This document shows, in pieces, positions 10,147-20,466 of a DNA stretch of 64,000 nucleotides. The first letter of the stretch is position 1. Every line of letters starts with the position of its first letter. Under the pieces are notes generated by a model. That model worked only from the letters and a program-made list of their open reading frames with translations. It did not search any database and was not told the DNA's origin. The position numbers and the translations under genes are program-made. This DNA is from an uncultured Acidobacteriota bacterium. GTDB lineage: Bacteria; Acidobacteriota; Vicinamibacteria; Vicinamibacterales; 2-12-FULL-66-21. Where the stretch lies: positions 1,199,104 to 1,263,103 of the forward strand of contig CAVRYD010000011.1 in NCBI GenBank assembly GCA_963725335.1, in the 5' to 3' direction.

Positions 10147-13100
10147 TTAGAATCTCACCTTGAACCCGAGCTGAATGTTCCGTTCGACGGTGCCGCACAC
10201 CGAGCACGACGGGTTCGAGAGCATCGCCGAGATGACGCCCGCGGCGGCGTTGCCGATCGTCGTGTTCGGGTTCCCGAACTGCGGATGGTTCAGCACGTTG
10301 AACGCCTCGATGCGGAACTCGGTGTCGACATGGCCGATCCGCGTATTCTTGATGAGCGACGCATCGATGTTGAACGAGCCGGGTCCGCGAATGATGTTGC
10401 GCCCCGCATCGCCGTAGGTGCCGGTGGTGTCGGTCGGTCGGCACGAAGCAGCTCGAGATCGAACCACTTGTCGATGGTCGGGTGTCGAGCTCTGCCGTCG
10501 CAGACTCGGTTCGGACGATTGCCCGTGCCGGTGGACTGCACGCCCTGGGTCTGCGTGACCGTCAGCGGCAGGCCGCCGCGGAGCAGCAGGATGCCGCCGA
10601 ACTGCCAGCCGCCGTAGAACTTCCCGCGCGCCCACGGGATCTCGTAGACCCAGCTCGATGAGAGCGTGTGCGTGATGTCGTAGTCGGCCGGTCCGCGGTT
10701 GTAGCCGAGGTCGTAGACGTTGGTCAGCGTCACGAGACCGTCGTTGTCGGAGTTCAGGTCGATCGCCTTCCCGTAGGTGTAGGAGTTCAGGAACGAGAAG
10801 TTGTTGGCGAAGCGACGCTGGAACTTCACGAGCAGCCCGTTGTAGTCGAGCGTGCCCTTGCTCTGGACCTGCCCGATGGTGCGGAGCGCCGGCGCCAGCA
10901 CGATGAACGGACGGTTCACGTTCGAGTCGGTGACGCCGACCACCGGTGGCGCCTGGTTCGGGTCGCCTTTGAGCAGCATCTGCCGGCCCTGCGAGCCGAC
11001 GTAGGCAATCTCCACCATGTAGTTGGTGGCAAGGGAGCGCTGAACGTTGAGGTTCCATTGCCGCGCGTACGCGTCACGGAAGTTGATGTCGAAGATCGAC
11101 CGCGTCGAGCCGGCCGCCGGCCTCGAGGGATCGGTCCCCGGGAGGGGCCGGCAGACCGGTCCTTGAGCAGCAGGTTGACGCCGTAGGCCGTCGGGTTCGC
11201 GTTGAGCGCGGTCGCCTGGAGGAACGGCGGGTTCTGCGCCTTCGACGCCGACGTGCCGCCGGGCGTGAAGTTCCAGAAGATCGCCGAATCCTCCGCGCAC
11301 GATCGTGCGGCCGCTGCCGTTGAGGTCGTAGGCAAAGCCAAAACGAGGACCGATGTCGCGCTTCGAGTAGGTCTGCAGGTAGCGGCCCACCTTGACCCCG
11401 TCGATCACCGCATCGTCGGAGGCCACCACGAACTTGCCGGTCGACTCGTCGAAGTTCGACTGCCGATTGTCGACCTCGATCCACGGCGGGTACACGTCCC
11501 ACCGGAGCCCGAGGTTGAGCGTCAAGCGGTTCGTCGCGCGGAAGTCGTCCTGCGTGTAGAGCACGTACTCGGGCCGAGTCTCCGTGTAGGTGTCCGCGTC
11601 GAAGTAGTTCCGGGCCTTCGTGTTCACGAGCCCGAGCATGAGGCTCGCGACATCGAAGCCCGTGGAGCTGTTCACCGTGCACCCGGCGGGCTGGCCGGCG
11701 CAGTTCGACGTCATGTTGTTGTTGAAGTTGAAGACACCTGTGATCGTGTCGGGGTTGAGAATCTCGCGCGATCGAAGCGTGATGCTGCCACCGCTCTTGA
11801 TCGTGTGCTTCCCCTTGATCCAGGTCACGTTGTCGAAAATCGCGAAGTCGTTCTGGTTGGTGATGAGCGGCTGGTTGCCGTTGGCCCCCAGGTTCCTGAT
11901 GTTCTGGAACGTCATCTGCGACATCGCCGACGTGGCCTGATTGATGTTGACGCCGGGAAGTCCGACGGCCAGGGCCGGGTTGGTGCCGTAGTCGATCGGG
12001 AGCTGGAAGAACTTGATCGAGGTCCAGCCGAAGCGGGACTCGTTGAGGAGGTTCGCCCGGATGGTGTGCGTGTCGTTGAAGGCCAGGCCCTGTGCCTGTG
12101 ATGTTCCCGTCGCCGGCGCCGAACGTGGCCCCGGCGTCACCGTGCGGCAGGCTGGCCGGCTGGAGCCGATGGGCCTTCTGGTAGCTGTACCTGAGGAAGA
12201 AGCGGTTTGCGTTCGTCAGGTTGTGGTCGACCTTGACGTCGAACTGGTTGTCCTCACGATGCTTGATCGGGTTGAGCAGGTAGTTGTTGATGATCTGCCC
12301 GTTGGCCTGCCGCGTGCCGGCTGTGTTCGGCTCGGGATAGAGCTGCGTCAGGATGTTGCGCGCGACCGAGTCGATACGGCCGTCGGGAATGACGTTGCCC
12401 GGGAAGGGCTGACCGGTCGTCGGGTCGTAGATGACGCGCGTCAGCTCGGAGAAGTTGCCGGACCTCATGGCCAGCGTCGGGACCGTGGACAGTGCCGTCA
12501 CGCCCTGCGTCTCGCGGTGACCCTGATAGTCACCAAAGAAGAACGTCTTGTCCTTGAAGACCGCGCCGCCCAGGGTGCCGCCGAACTGATTCTGTTTGAA
12601 GTCCGGCTTGGCCCGGCCCGCGCGGTTGTTGAAGAAGTTGTTGGCATCGAACGCGTCGTTCCGCATGAACTCGAAGGCGCTGCCGCGCAGCTTGTTGGTC
12701 CCCGACTTGATCTGCAGGTTCACGACGCCGCCGAGCGAGCGGCCGAACTCCGCGGAGTAGGTCGAGGTCTGCATCTTGAACTCGTCGAGCGCGTCGACGC
12801 TCGGGAAGATGACGACCGTCTGCAGCCAGGTCTCGTTGTTGTCCACGCCGTCGAGCATGTAGTTGTTGTCGCGCGGGCGCTGGCCGTTGGCCGAGAACGA
12901 CGCGGAGGCGCGCCAGGCGAGGCTGCCGGCGCCGTCGATGTTCGCTCCGGGGATGCCGCGCAGGACGCCCGGGATGGTGCGCGTCAGGTTGACGAAGTTG
13001 CGGCCGTTGAGCGGCAGCGCCTCAATCTGTTCGGCCTTGCACCGTCGTCCCCAGCTCGGACGAGGTGGTCTGGACCAGCGGACTCGTGGCCTCGACGCTG

Positions 13101-13484
13101 ACCGACTCGGTCATCGCCGCCGACTTCGAGCTTGAGATCGATGCGCGCCCGCTGATCGACGCCGAGCTCGATGTTCGAGAGCGTCAGCGTCTTGAAGCCG
13201 GTGAGCTCCGCGATGACGGTGTAGCGGCCGGTTGGCAGCGACGGCGCGGTGAATTCGCCGTTCGACGTCAGCCTGCAGGTTCTCGTCAGGCCGGTGCCCT
13301 CGTTGACGATCGTGACTTTGGCGTTGGGAATCACGGAACCCGACGAGTCGGTCACCGTGCCGAGGATGGTGCCGCTGACGGCCTGCGCCGACGCCAGGCG
13401 TGGCGCGCAGGCGGCGATCGCAAGCACGAGCGCGACGAGGAGCGTCGAAGCCGCCCCGGAGCACGAAATCACGCGGCTCATCAT
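10147..13484 (-). CDS. TonB-dependent receptor, Oar-like with carboxypeptidase-regulatory N-domain (frameshifted)
   Basis: Signal peptide; GTVTDSSG; LPLNGRNF; LDGVDNNE; EFKMQTSTYSAEFGR; LTLNLGLRWD; C-terminal RNIQLGFKVRF; GGAGGA RBS. Confidence 0.9.
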
Positions 13485-13540
13485 GTGTTGTCCTCCACCG
13501 AAGTGACAACGAGGCCTGACCGAGAGGGTCCGCCGCCGGA

Positions 13541-13557
13541 TAGTGGTCTGACCACTA
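13541..13557. promoter_or_regulatory. GntR/FadR-type operator palindrome TAGTGGTCTGACCACTA
   Basis: Perfect 8-bp inverted arms with core TGGT-N3-ACCA (FadR-subfamily consensus), in the divergent TBDR/PQQ intergenic region. Confidence 0.7.
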
Positions 13558-13708
13558 CTGGATCTGCGCATTCAATATCACATTCGCTTGCCGATGAGGA
13601 GAGGCGATCGACTATAGACCCGGGTACTTTCCTGAGCGGGCTGCGCCGGTCGAGCTTGCAGCGCCGCCGGGGGACCGTGGTAGCATCCGCGCGTGCAAGG
13701 CGGGCGAC

Positions 13709-15491
13709 ATGGCGATACCACCCCCCAGCGTCCTGGTTCGCCACGCCGGCGACGGTCCTCGCAGCGATCCTGGCCTCGGCGGCGCTGCGTCCCGCCGGGA
13801 AGCAATGCGCAGGCGCCGTCCGGCCGGGACTTCGAGACCATCGGCGGGAACCTCGCGAACCATCGCTATTCGTCCCTGACGCGCAATCACCAAATCCAAT
13901 ATTTCGAAGTTCGGAGGCGCCTGGTCGATTCATCTCGAGGACGGAAAATCGCCCGGCACCATGCAGGCGACGCCGATCGTCGTGGAGGGCGTCATGTTCA
14001 TCGCCTCTGGCGCGGGCAATATCTTCGCGCTCGACGCCGCGACGGGGCGATCAAGTGGAAGCACGAGACGACGCTGGGCGGGACCTATCGCGGGGTGGCG
14101 GTCGGGGAAGGGAAAGTTTTTTCAGGCCGGCGCGATAACACGCTGATCGCGCTCGACCAGAAGACGCGGCGCGGTCGCGTGGAAGACGCAGTTGGCCGAT
14201 CCCGCCCGCGGAACGACGAGCGCTCCCGCGATCTACTACGACGGCCTGGTCTATATCGGCGTCGGCGGCGGCGAAGGAGGCGTGCGCGGCCAGTTCGGGG
14301 CCTACGACGCGAAGAACCGGCAAGGAAGTCTGGAAGTTCTGGACCCTGCCCGGGCCCGGGCGAGCGCGGCCACGAGACGTGGGAAGGGGACTCGTGGAAG
14401 TACGGCGGCGGTCCCGTGTGGACGCATCCCGGCCATCGATCCGGATCTCGGCATGGTGTACATGCCGATCGGGAATGCAAGTCCCGACAACGACGGAACG
14501 GCACGCGGCGGCGACAATCTGTTCACGGTGTCGGTCGTGGCGCTCGATCTCAAGACCGGCGAGTACAAGTGGCACTTCCAGGAAGTGCATCACGACATCT
14601 GGGACTACGACAGCGCGGCGGCGCCGGTCCTTGCCGACGTTCGCTACCAGGGATCGCTCCGCAAGGTGCTGATGCACACGAGCAAGACCGGGTTCATGTA
14701 CGTCCTCGATCGCACAAATGGCAAGCCGCTCGTCGGCATCGAAGAGCGAGCCGTTCCGCAGGAGCCGCGGATGAAGACCGCGCAGACGCAGCCATTTCCG
14801 ATCGGCGATTCGTTCGTGCCGACCTGTCCTGAGCCGGGCAGCGTTCCTGAGGGCATGAAGAGCGCCTGCATCTTCGGCAGCGTACTGGACCGAGCCGGTG
14901 GTGATGTCGCCCGGGACGCTCGGTGGAATCTCGTGGGCGCCCATGACCTTCAGCCCCAGACACACTCTGATCTACATCCCTGGCACGATCATCAACTCGG
15001 GATACACACTTCGCCGTCAGGAGTGGGACGATCAGACGCAGCGGTTCAAGCCGCTCGACGAGGGAGTGGGTTTCTTCCGGCCGCCCGGTGTGCCGCGTGC
15101 CGGAACGCTGACGGCCATGGATCCGACCACGAACAAGATCGTGTGGCAGAAGCGGATGAAGTTTCCGCTCGGCACCGGCAGCGGTCTGCTGAGCACCGCG
15201 GCCGGGCTGCTGTTCCATGGTGAGTCGGACGGCAACGTCGTCGCGTACGACATCGCCAACGGCGAGCCGCTCTGGCGTTTTCAGACTGGCACCGGTGCGG
15301 ACGCGCCGATGATGACCTACGAAGTCAATGGCGAGCAGTACCTGGCGCTGCTGGCCGGCGGCAGCTCGTTCCAGCTGTCGAAGCGCGGCGACAGCGTCTG
15401 GGCCTTCAAGCTCGGAGGAAAGGTGCCCCAGGAACCTGCGCCGCCCGAGCCGCCGTTGTTGCAACCGGCGCCCGCGCGGAGGCAGCCCTGA
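13709..15491 (+). CDS. PQQ-dependent dehydrogenase / PQQ beta-propeller protein (frameshifted)
   Basis: GGNLANHRYSSL; QATPIVVEGVMF; GGGPVW; GNASPD; HHDIWDYD; YVLDRTNG; PMMTYEVNGEQY. Confidence 0.87.
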
Positions 15492-15550
15492 CGGTGTTTC
15501 GCACTGGGCAGCCCTGAAGGGCTGCCTTTTGAGAACCTCGAGGAGTGCTC

Positions 15551-16490
15551 ATGAAACGGATGATCAGCGCGGTGGCTCTTCTCGCCCTCACGTCGCCGCT
15601 GGTGGCGACACCGCAGAGCCCCGCTGTCGCGACGGGTCAACCACCACGCCCGGCCGCACCACCACCTGCCTCGCCGCAGGAGATCCTGCTCTGGGAAAAC
15701 GGCGCACCCGGCGCGCTCGGTAACGCGGATACGGACAAGCCGACGATCACGGTCTACCGCGCGCCGCGCGGCAACGTCGGCACCGCTATCATCGTCGCGC
15801 CCGGTGGCGGATACGGCGCCCTTGCGATCGAACACGAAGGGCGGCAGTGAGCGTACTGGTTCAACGCGATGGGGATCACGGCCTTCGTGCTGAAGTACCG
15901 GCTCGGGCCGCGTTACCACCATCCCATCGAGCTTGGCGACGCGCAGCGCGCCATTCGCACGGTGCGCGCCCGCGCCGCGGAGTTCAACGTCCTGCCCGAT
16001 CGCATCGGCATGATGGGATTCTCCGCCGGCGGGCACCTGACATCGACGGCAGGCACCCACTTCGACGCTGGCAAGGCGGATTCGCCCGATCCCGTCGAGC
16101 GCGTGAGCAGCCGACCGGACTTCTTGATTCTCGGATATCCGGTGATTTCGTTCGACCCGGCGGTGACTCATGCCGGATCTTTGAAGAACCTGCTTGGCGA
16201 CAACCCCGATCCGAAACTCGTCGAGAACCTTTCGAACGACCTCCAGGTGACTCGCGCAGACGCCCCCCACTTTCATCTTTCACACGACCAACGACAACGG
16301 TGTTCCGGTCGAAAACAGCGTCCGCTTCTACCTGGCGTTGAGGAAGGCGAAGGTGCCGGTCGAGATGCACCTTTTTGAAAACGGACCACACGGCGTCGGC
16401 ATGGCGCTGTCCGATCCGTCGCTCAGCGCCTGGCCGACGCTGCTCATGAACTGGATCCGCGCGCGCGGACTCTTAATCGCTAATCACTAA
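15551..16490 (+). CDS. Exported alpha/beta hydrolase (carbohydrate esterase-like); in-frame TGA at 15848 and one frameshift
   Basis: PGGGY; AFVLKYRL; nucleophile GFSAGG; [10 protein letters not shown]; [13 protein letters not shown]; signal peptide. Confidence 0.85.
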
Positions 16491-16834
16491 TCACTGATCC
16501 TTGAATCCTGAATCCTGAATCCTGAATCCCGAATCCTGAATCCCGAATCCTCGAATCCCGAATCAAATCCTCAAATCCTCGAATCTTCGAATCCTCGAAT
16601 CGTCGAGTTTCTGAACCGTCGAATCAGAATCTCTGAATCGTCGAATCTCTGAATCAAATCCCGCCTCCCCAGATAGGATCCCGGATCCCGCTCCCCGGGA
16701 ATCGGGACTTAAGGATTCAAGGATTCGGGATTCAAGGATTCGGGATTCGGACTCAGGATTCAAGGATTCGAGGATTCAGGATTCGAGGATTCGGGATTCG
16801 GGATTCAAGGATCAGTGATTAGTGATTAGCGATT
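16475..16834. repeat. 360-bp element: 34-bp perfect terminal inverted repeats enclosing inverted GAATCC(T/C) heptamer/octamer arrays
   Basis: AATCGCTAATCACTAATCACTGATCCTTGAATCC at 16475-16508 and its exact reverse complement at 16801-16834; lies between convergent genes. Confidence 0.9.
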
Positions 16835-18864
16835 GAGCGCTCCCAAATCGTGACCCTCTCCGCAGGTGGACGGAACAGACGATCGCCCGATGTCAGCGCG
16901 AACGCTTCCTGGAACGCCGCGACATTCCGAACCGTCCCGTTCGCCCGGTACTCATAGGGCGCGTACGGGAACGTGAGCACCCATTCGCGAAGGTAGTCTG
17001 GCCGAATCTTCATCCTCCACATCCGGGCCCAGGCCAGGAAGAAGCGCTGATCGCCACTGAATCCATCCAGGACCGGAGCGGGACGGCCGGCGCGCGAGAG
17101 GTGGTAGGCATTGAACGCCATCGTCAAACCCGCGAGGTCCCCGGCATTTTCTCCAAGTGTCAGCTCCCCATTCACCGGCAGCTCTGGTAGCGGACTGAAA
17201 GGCGTTGAACTGGGCGATCAGCTGGCGCGGTGCGCCTCGCATATTCTTCCTCGTCCGCTGGGCTCCACCAGCGTCGAACCTCGCCGCGCGAATCGTATCG
17301 TCGTCCCCGCTCGTCGAGCGCGTGCGCCAGCTCGTGGCCGATGGTCGCGCCGAGTCGCACCGTAATTCACCGCGTCGTCGGCGCTCACATCGAAGAGCGG
17401 CGGCTGGAGCATGGCAGCCGGCAGCACGATTTCGTTGAGCGCGGGGTTGTAGTAGGCGTTCACCGTTTGTGGCGTCGTCGTCAGCCATTCTCCCGGCGTG
17501 ACGCCCGAGACGCGGGTCATTCGGTAATCGCTATCGAAGCGGCGCGCCCGTTGGACATTCCCGGCAAGGTCGTCCGCCTTGATCACGAGGCCCGAGTAAT
17601 CGCGCCATCGATCCGGATATCCCACTCGGGTCGTCACCCGCGAGAGCTTCGCGATCGCTTCGGCGCGAGCGGACGGCGACAGCCACCGAGCGTGCTCGAC
17701 CGACTGCCTGTCGGCCTTCAGCAGCATATCCACGAGAGCCTCGACCCTGGCTCGAGCGTGCGGCGGCAGGTGCTTTTCGACGTACAGACGGCCGAGCGCA
17801 TCGCCCAGCATGGAATTCACCAGTGCCACGCCAACCTTCCAGCGCGCCCGGGGAGTCGTCTGTCCCGTGACGTCACGACCGAAGAAGTCGAACCGCGCAT
17901 CCACGAACGGGCTGCTGAGATACGGCGCCATAGCCGTGATGTAGCGTGCGGCGAGCCAACCCTTCCAGTCCTCCAGCGGCGCCGTCTGGACGAGCGCCGC
18001 GAATCCGACGAAGAACGACGGCTGGAGCAACGCAATCGCCGCAGCCTTGTCCACGCCTTGAGGACGCGCCCACGCGTTCCAGTCGAAGCCAGGGAGTTGT
18101 GCGGACAGCTCGCGAAGCGTTAGTCCACGCGGGACCCTTGCGGCTTCACGGCTCTCCGTCGGCGAAAGCTGGCAGCGCGCCAGCGCCGTTTCCAATGCGA
18201 GTACCCCGTGGGCGATGCGGTCGGGCTCCTGTCGTCCGGCCAGCCTGAAGATCGTCGTCAAATACCCGACGTACTTGGCTCGCAGATCGACGAGCTGCGG
18301 ATCGTCGTGCAGGTAGTAGTCGCGCGTGGGGAGGAGCGTGCCGCCTTGCGAGACCTGCACGATGAGGCGGTTCGCGTCCGCGGCGTCGGTCACCACTGTC
18401 GCCGCGAACGGCCCTCCGCTCCCGAGGTACCCGAGATGGCCTGCAACAGCGGCGAGGTCGCGCGTGGAGGCAATCGCGTCGATGCGTGTGAGCACCGGCG
18501 CGAGCGGGGTTGCGCCGAGCGCATCTGCACGCGCTTGGTTCATCGCGCTGGCATACAGGTCCGTGATCTGCTGTTTCGGCGATCCGTTCCGCGGATGGCT
18601 CGCGGCCGCCTCCTCGATAATCTCGCGGAGATCGAACTCGGCTTTTTCGGTCAGCTCCGTGAATGCTCCGTATGTCACACGGTCGGCGGGTATGTCGATC
18701 GTGGCCATCCATCGGCCGTTGACGAAGCGATAGAGATCGTCCTGCGGCCGGACGGAGGAGTCGAAGCTGGAGGGATCGAGGCCGGAACTTGTCTGCGGCG
18801 GCGCCTCACGTGCCGCCCCGAATGCGAACAGACCCACGAGCAGGAGCGCGTCCGGTCGCGTCAT
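16819..18864 (-). CDS. M13 family metallopeptidase (PepO/neprilysin-like), frameshifted
   Basis: PQDDLYRFVNG; VNAYYNPALNEIVLPAA; HELAH zinc motif; LGENAGD; signal peptide. Confidence 0.9.
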
Positions 18865-19972
18865 TCAATATTCGGTGAACATCCGCTGAATCTCTGATCC
18901 GTCGCTGGTCTTCGTCAGCGCGAGCATCAGCAGGATCCGCGCCTTGACGGGAGCGAGATCCTCTCCCTGTATCTGAAAACGCACGGGGGAGCCATTGCTC
19001 CGGGAGGCGATGCGTCCGCTGCCGGTGCGCGTCGTCACAACCACGAACACGCCTTTTTCCATCGCGTAACGAATGCCGTCGTCCTGCGTGCCGCTGGTCG
19101 CGCCGGCGCCGGCGGTGGCAATCACGATGCCCTTGGCGCCCAGGTCGACGATCGATTTGATCGACATCGCCGGGCGCGCCCTGATACGTCATCACGATAT
19201 CGACACGGGGCAGGTCCTCGACCTTCGAGAGATCGAACTCGGTCTTTCCGGCGTGGCGTTTGACGACGTCCCGGTAGTACACGATCCGGTCAGCGTCGAC
19301 CACGCCCAGGATGCCGTAGGTGCGCGATTGAAACGTATCGAGCCGATGGGCGTCGGTCTTCGTCACATCGCTCGCCGAGTTGATCTCATCGTTCAGCACG
19401 ACCAGCACGCCTTTGCCGCGCGATCGCGGATCGGCCGCGACGCGGTATCCTTCGAGCAGGTTCGCCGCGCCTTCATACCCGAGCGTGTTCGGGTTGCGCA
19501 TCGAGCCGACGATCACGACCGACTTATCGTTGCGGATCGTCAAATCGAGGAAGTAGGCCGTCTCTTCCAACGTATCGGTGCCGCTGGTGACGACGATGCC
19601 CGTCAGCTCGGGGTCTTCGAGAAAGCAGGTGTTGATGCGGTTCGCGAGCGCGACCCATTGCTTCAGTGTGAGCGCGCCGCTGGCGACGTTCGCGAACTGC
19701 TCGAACTCGGGCCGGACGTACCGTTCGACCCCCGGGATCGAGGCCACGAGTTCTTCAGCGCTGAGCCGTCCGCCGGTGCGATTGGAGATGGTTCCCCCGG
19801 TCGCGATCAGCCGCACGCGGGGGAGCGGTGTCTGGACGGCCAAGCCGCCGGGTTGCTGGGCCGGGGCCGCGGCCGTTTCGTGAGATGCCTGAGCAGCGAC
19901 CGTAGATACAGCCAACCCGGAGCCGGCGCACACTGTCAGAAGCAGTGTCATCGCCACGATCCATGCGCGCAT
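18865..19972 (-). CDS. L-asparaginase type II-like, exported (one frameshift)
   Basis: LIATGGTIS, VTSGTDTLEET, GSMR and KARILLMLAL motifs; signal peptide. Confidence 0.9.
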
Positions 19973-19980
19973 GGCTGAAA

Positions 19981-20197
19981 CTATAACTGAGGGCGGACGT
20001 TTCGGTGCGCGAGGCAGAGCCACTGGCTCAGGTGCCCGGCGGCTTCGTGCGGCGTCTTTCCGTAGAACGGCATGGTCGCGGCCGATCCACCTGGTGACGC
20101 GGGCAAGTTGCGCGCGCCATTTGTCAGGACCGACAGGCGAGACTTCGATCTTGAATTCCCGCCCGTTGATGACTTCTTCGAAGCGATGCACGTTCAC
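19981..20197 (-). CDS. Small hypothetical protein (~70 aa, one frameshift)
   Basis: MNVHRFEEVINGREFKIEV...WRAQL then MPFYGKTPHEAAGHLSQWL; stop lies just upstream of the asparaginase. Confidence 0.6.
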
Positions 20198-20341
20198 GGT
20201 GGCGTAGATGGATGCAGGGTCAGGCAGACAGCGCGTTGTAGTCTAGCGTCGTCGCGGCGACAATCAAGCGAAAGGACCATCGAAGGCGCATCAACAGAGT
20301 GCACGATGCCGAAATTGAGTGATGAATGATTCGAAAAAAAC

Positions 20342-20396
20342 TGTGGCTGTCGGGACTTCCACAGCAGATCCACGTCTCTTCCACACGTTTTCCACA
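20342..20396. promoter_or_regulatory. Phased array of DnaA-box-like 9-mers
   Basis: ACTTCCACA 20355, AGATCCACG 20366, TCTTCCACA 20377 and TTTTCCACA 20388 at an exact 11-bp period, plus an opposite-strand TGTGGCTGT at 20342. Confidence 0.55.
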
Positions 20397-20426
20397 CCGC
20401 TGGCCGGATCGATGGTTCCGACGGGC

Positions 20427-20455
20427 TTGACGCACGTCTGTACGAACAATAACCT
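20427..20455 (+). promoter_or_regulatory. Sigma-70-type promoter candidate for the orf-addB-addA operon
   Basis: TTGACG-N17-TAACCT, 11 nt before ATG 20467. Confidence 0.5.
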
Positions 20456-20466
20456 CTGATTCTGCA

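Noticed and set aside
14585-14615. Lanthanide-dependent dehydrogenase from the WDYD motif
   Set aside because: HHDxWDYD also occurs in glucose/quinate-type quinoproteins, and I did not see the vicinal Cys-Cys of XoxF/ExaF, so the motif is not diagnostic.
15848-15850. Selenocysteine codon
   Set aside because: The position is not a catalytic Cys site in alpha/beta hydrolases, and I saw no convincing SECIS.
16475-16834. CRISPR array
   Set aside because: Units are 7-8 nt tandem repeats without unique spacers, and there are no cas genes.
20342-20396. MraZ-binding repeats
   Set aside because: The period is 11 bp rather than 10 bp, and no mraZ/dcw cluster is adjacent.
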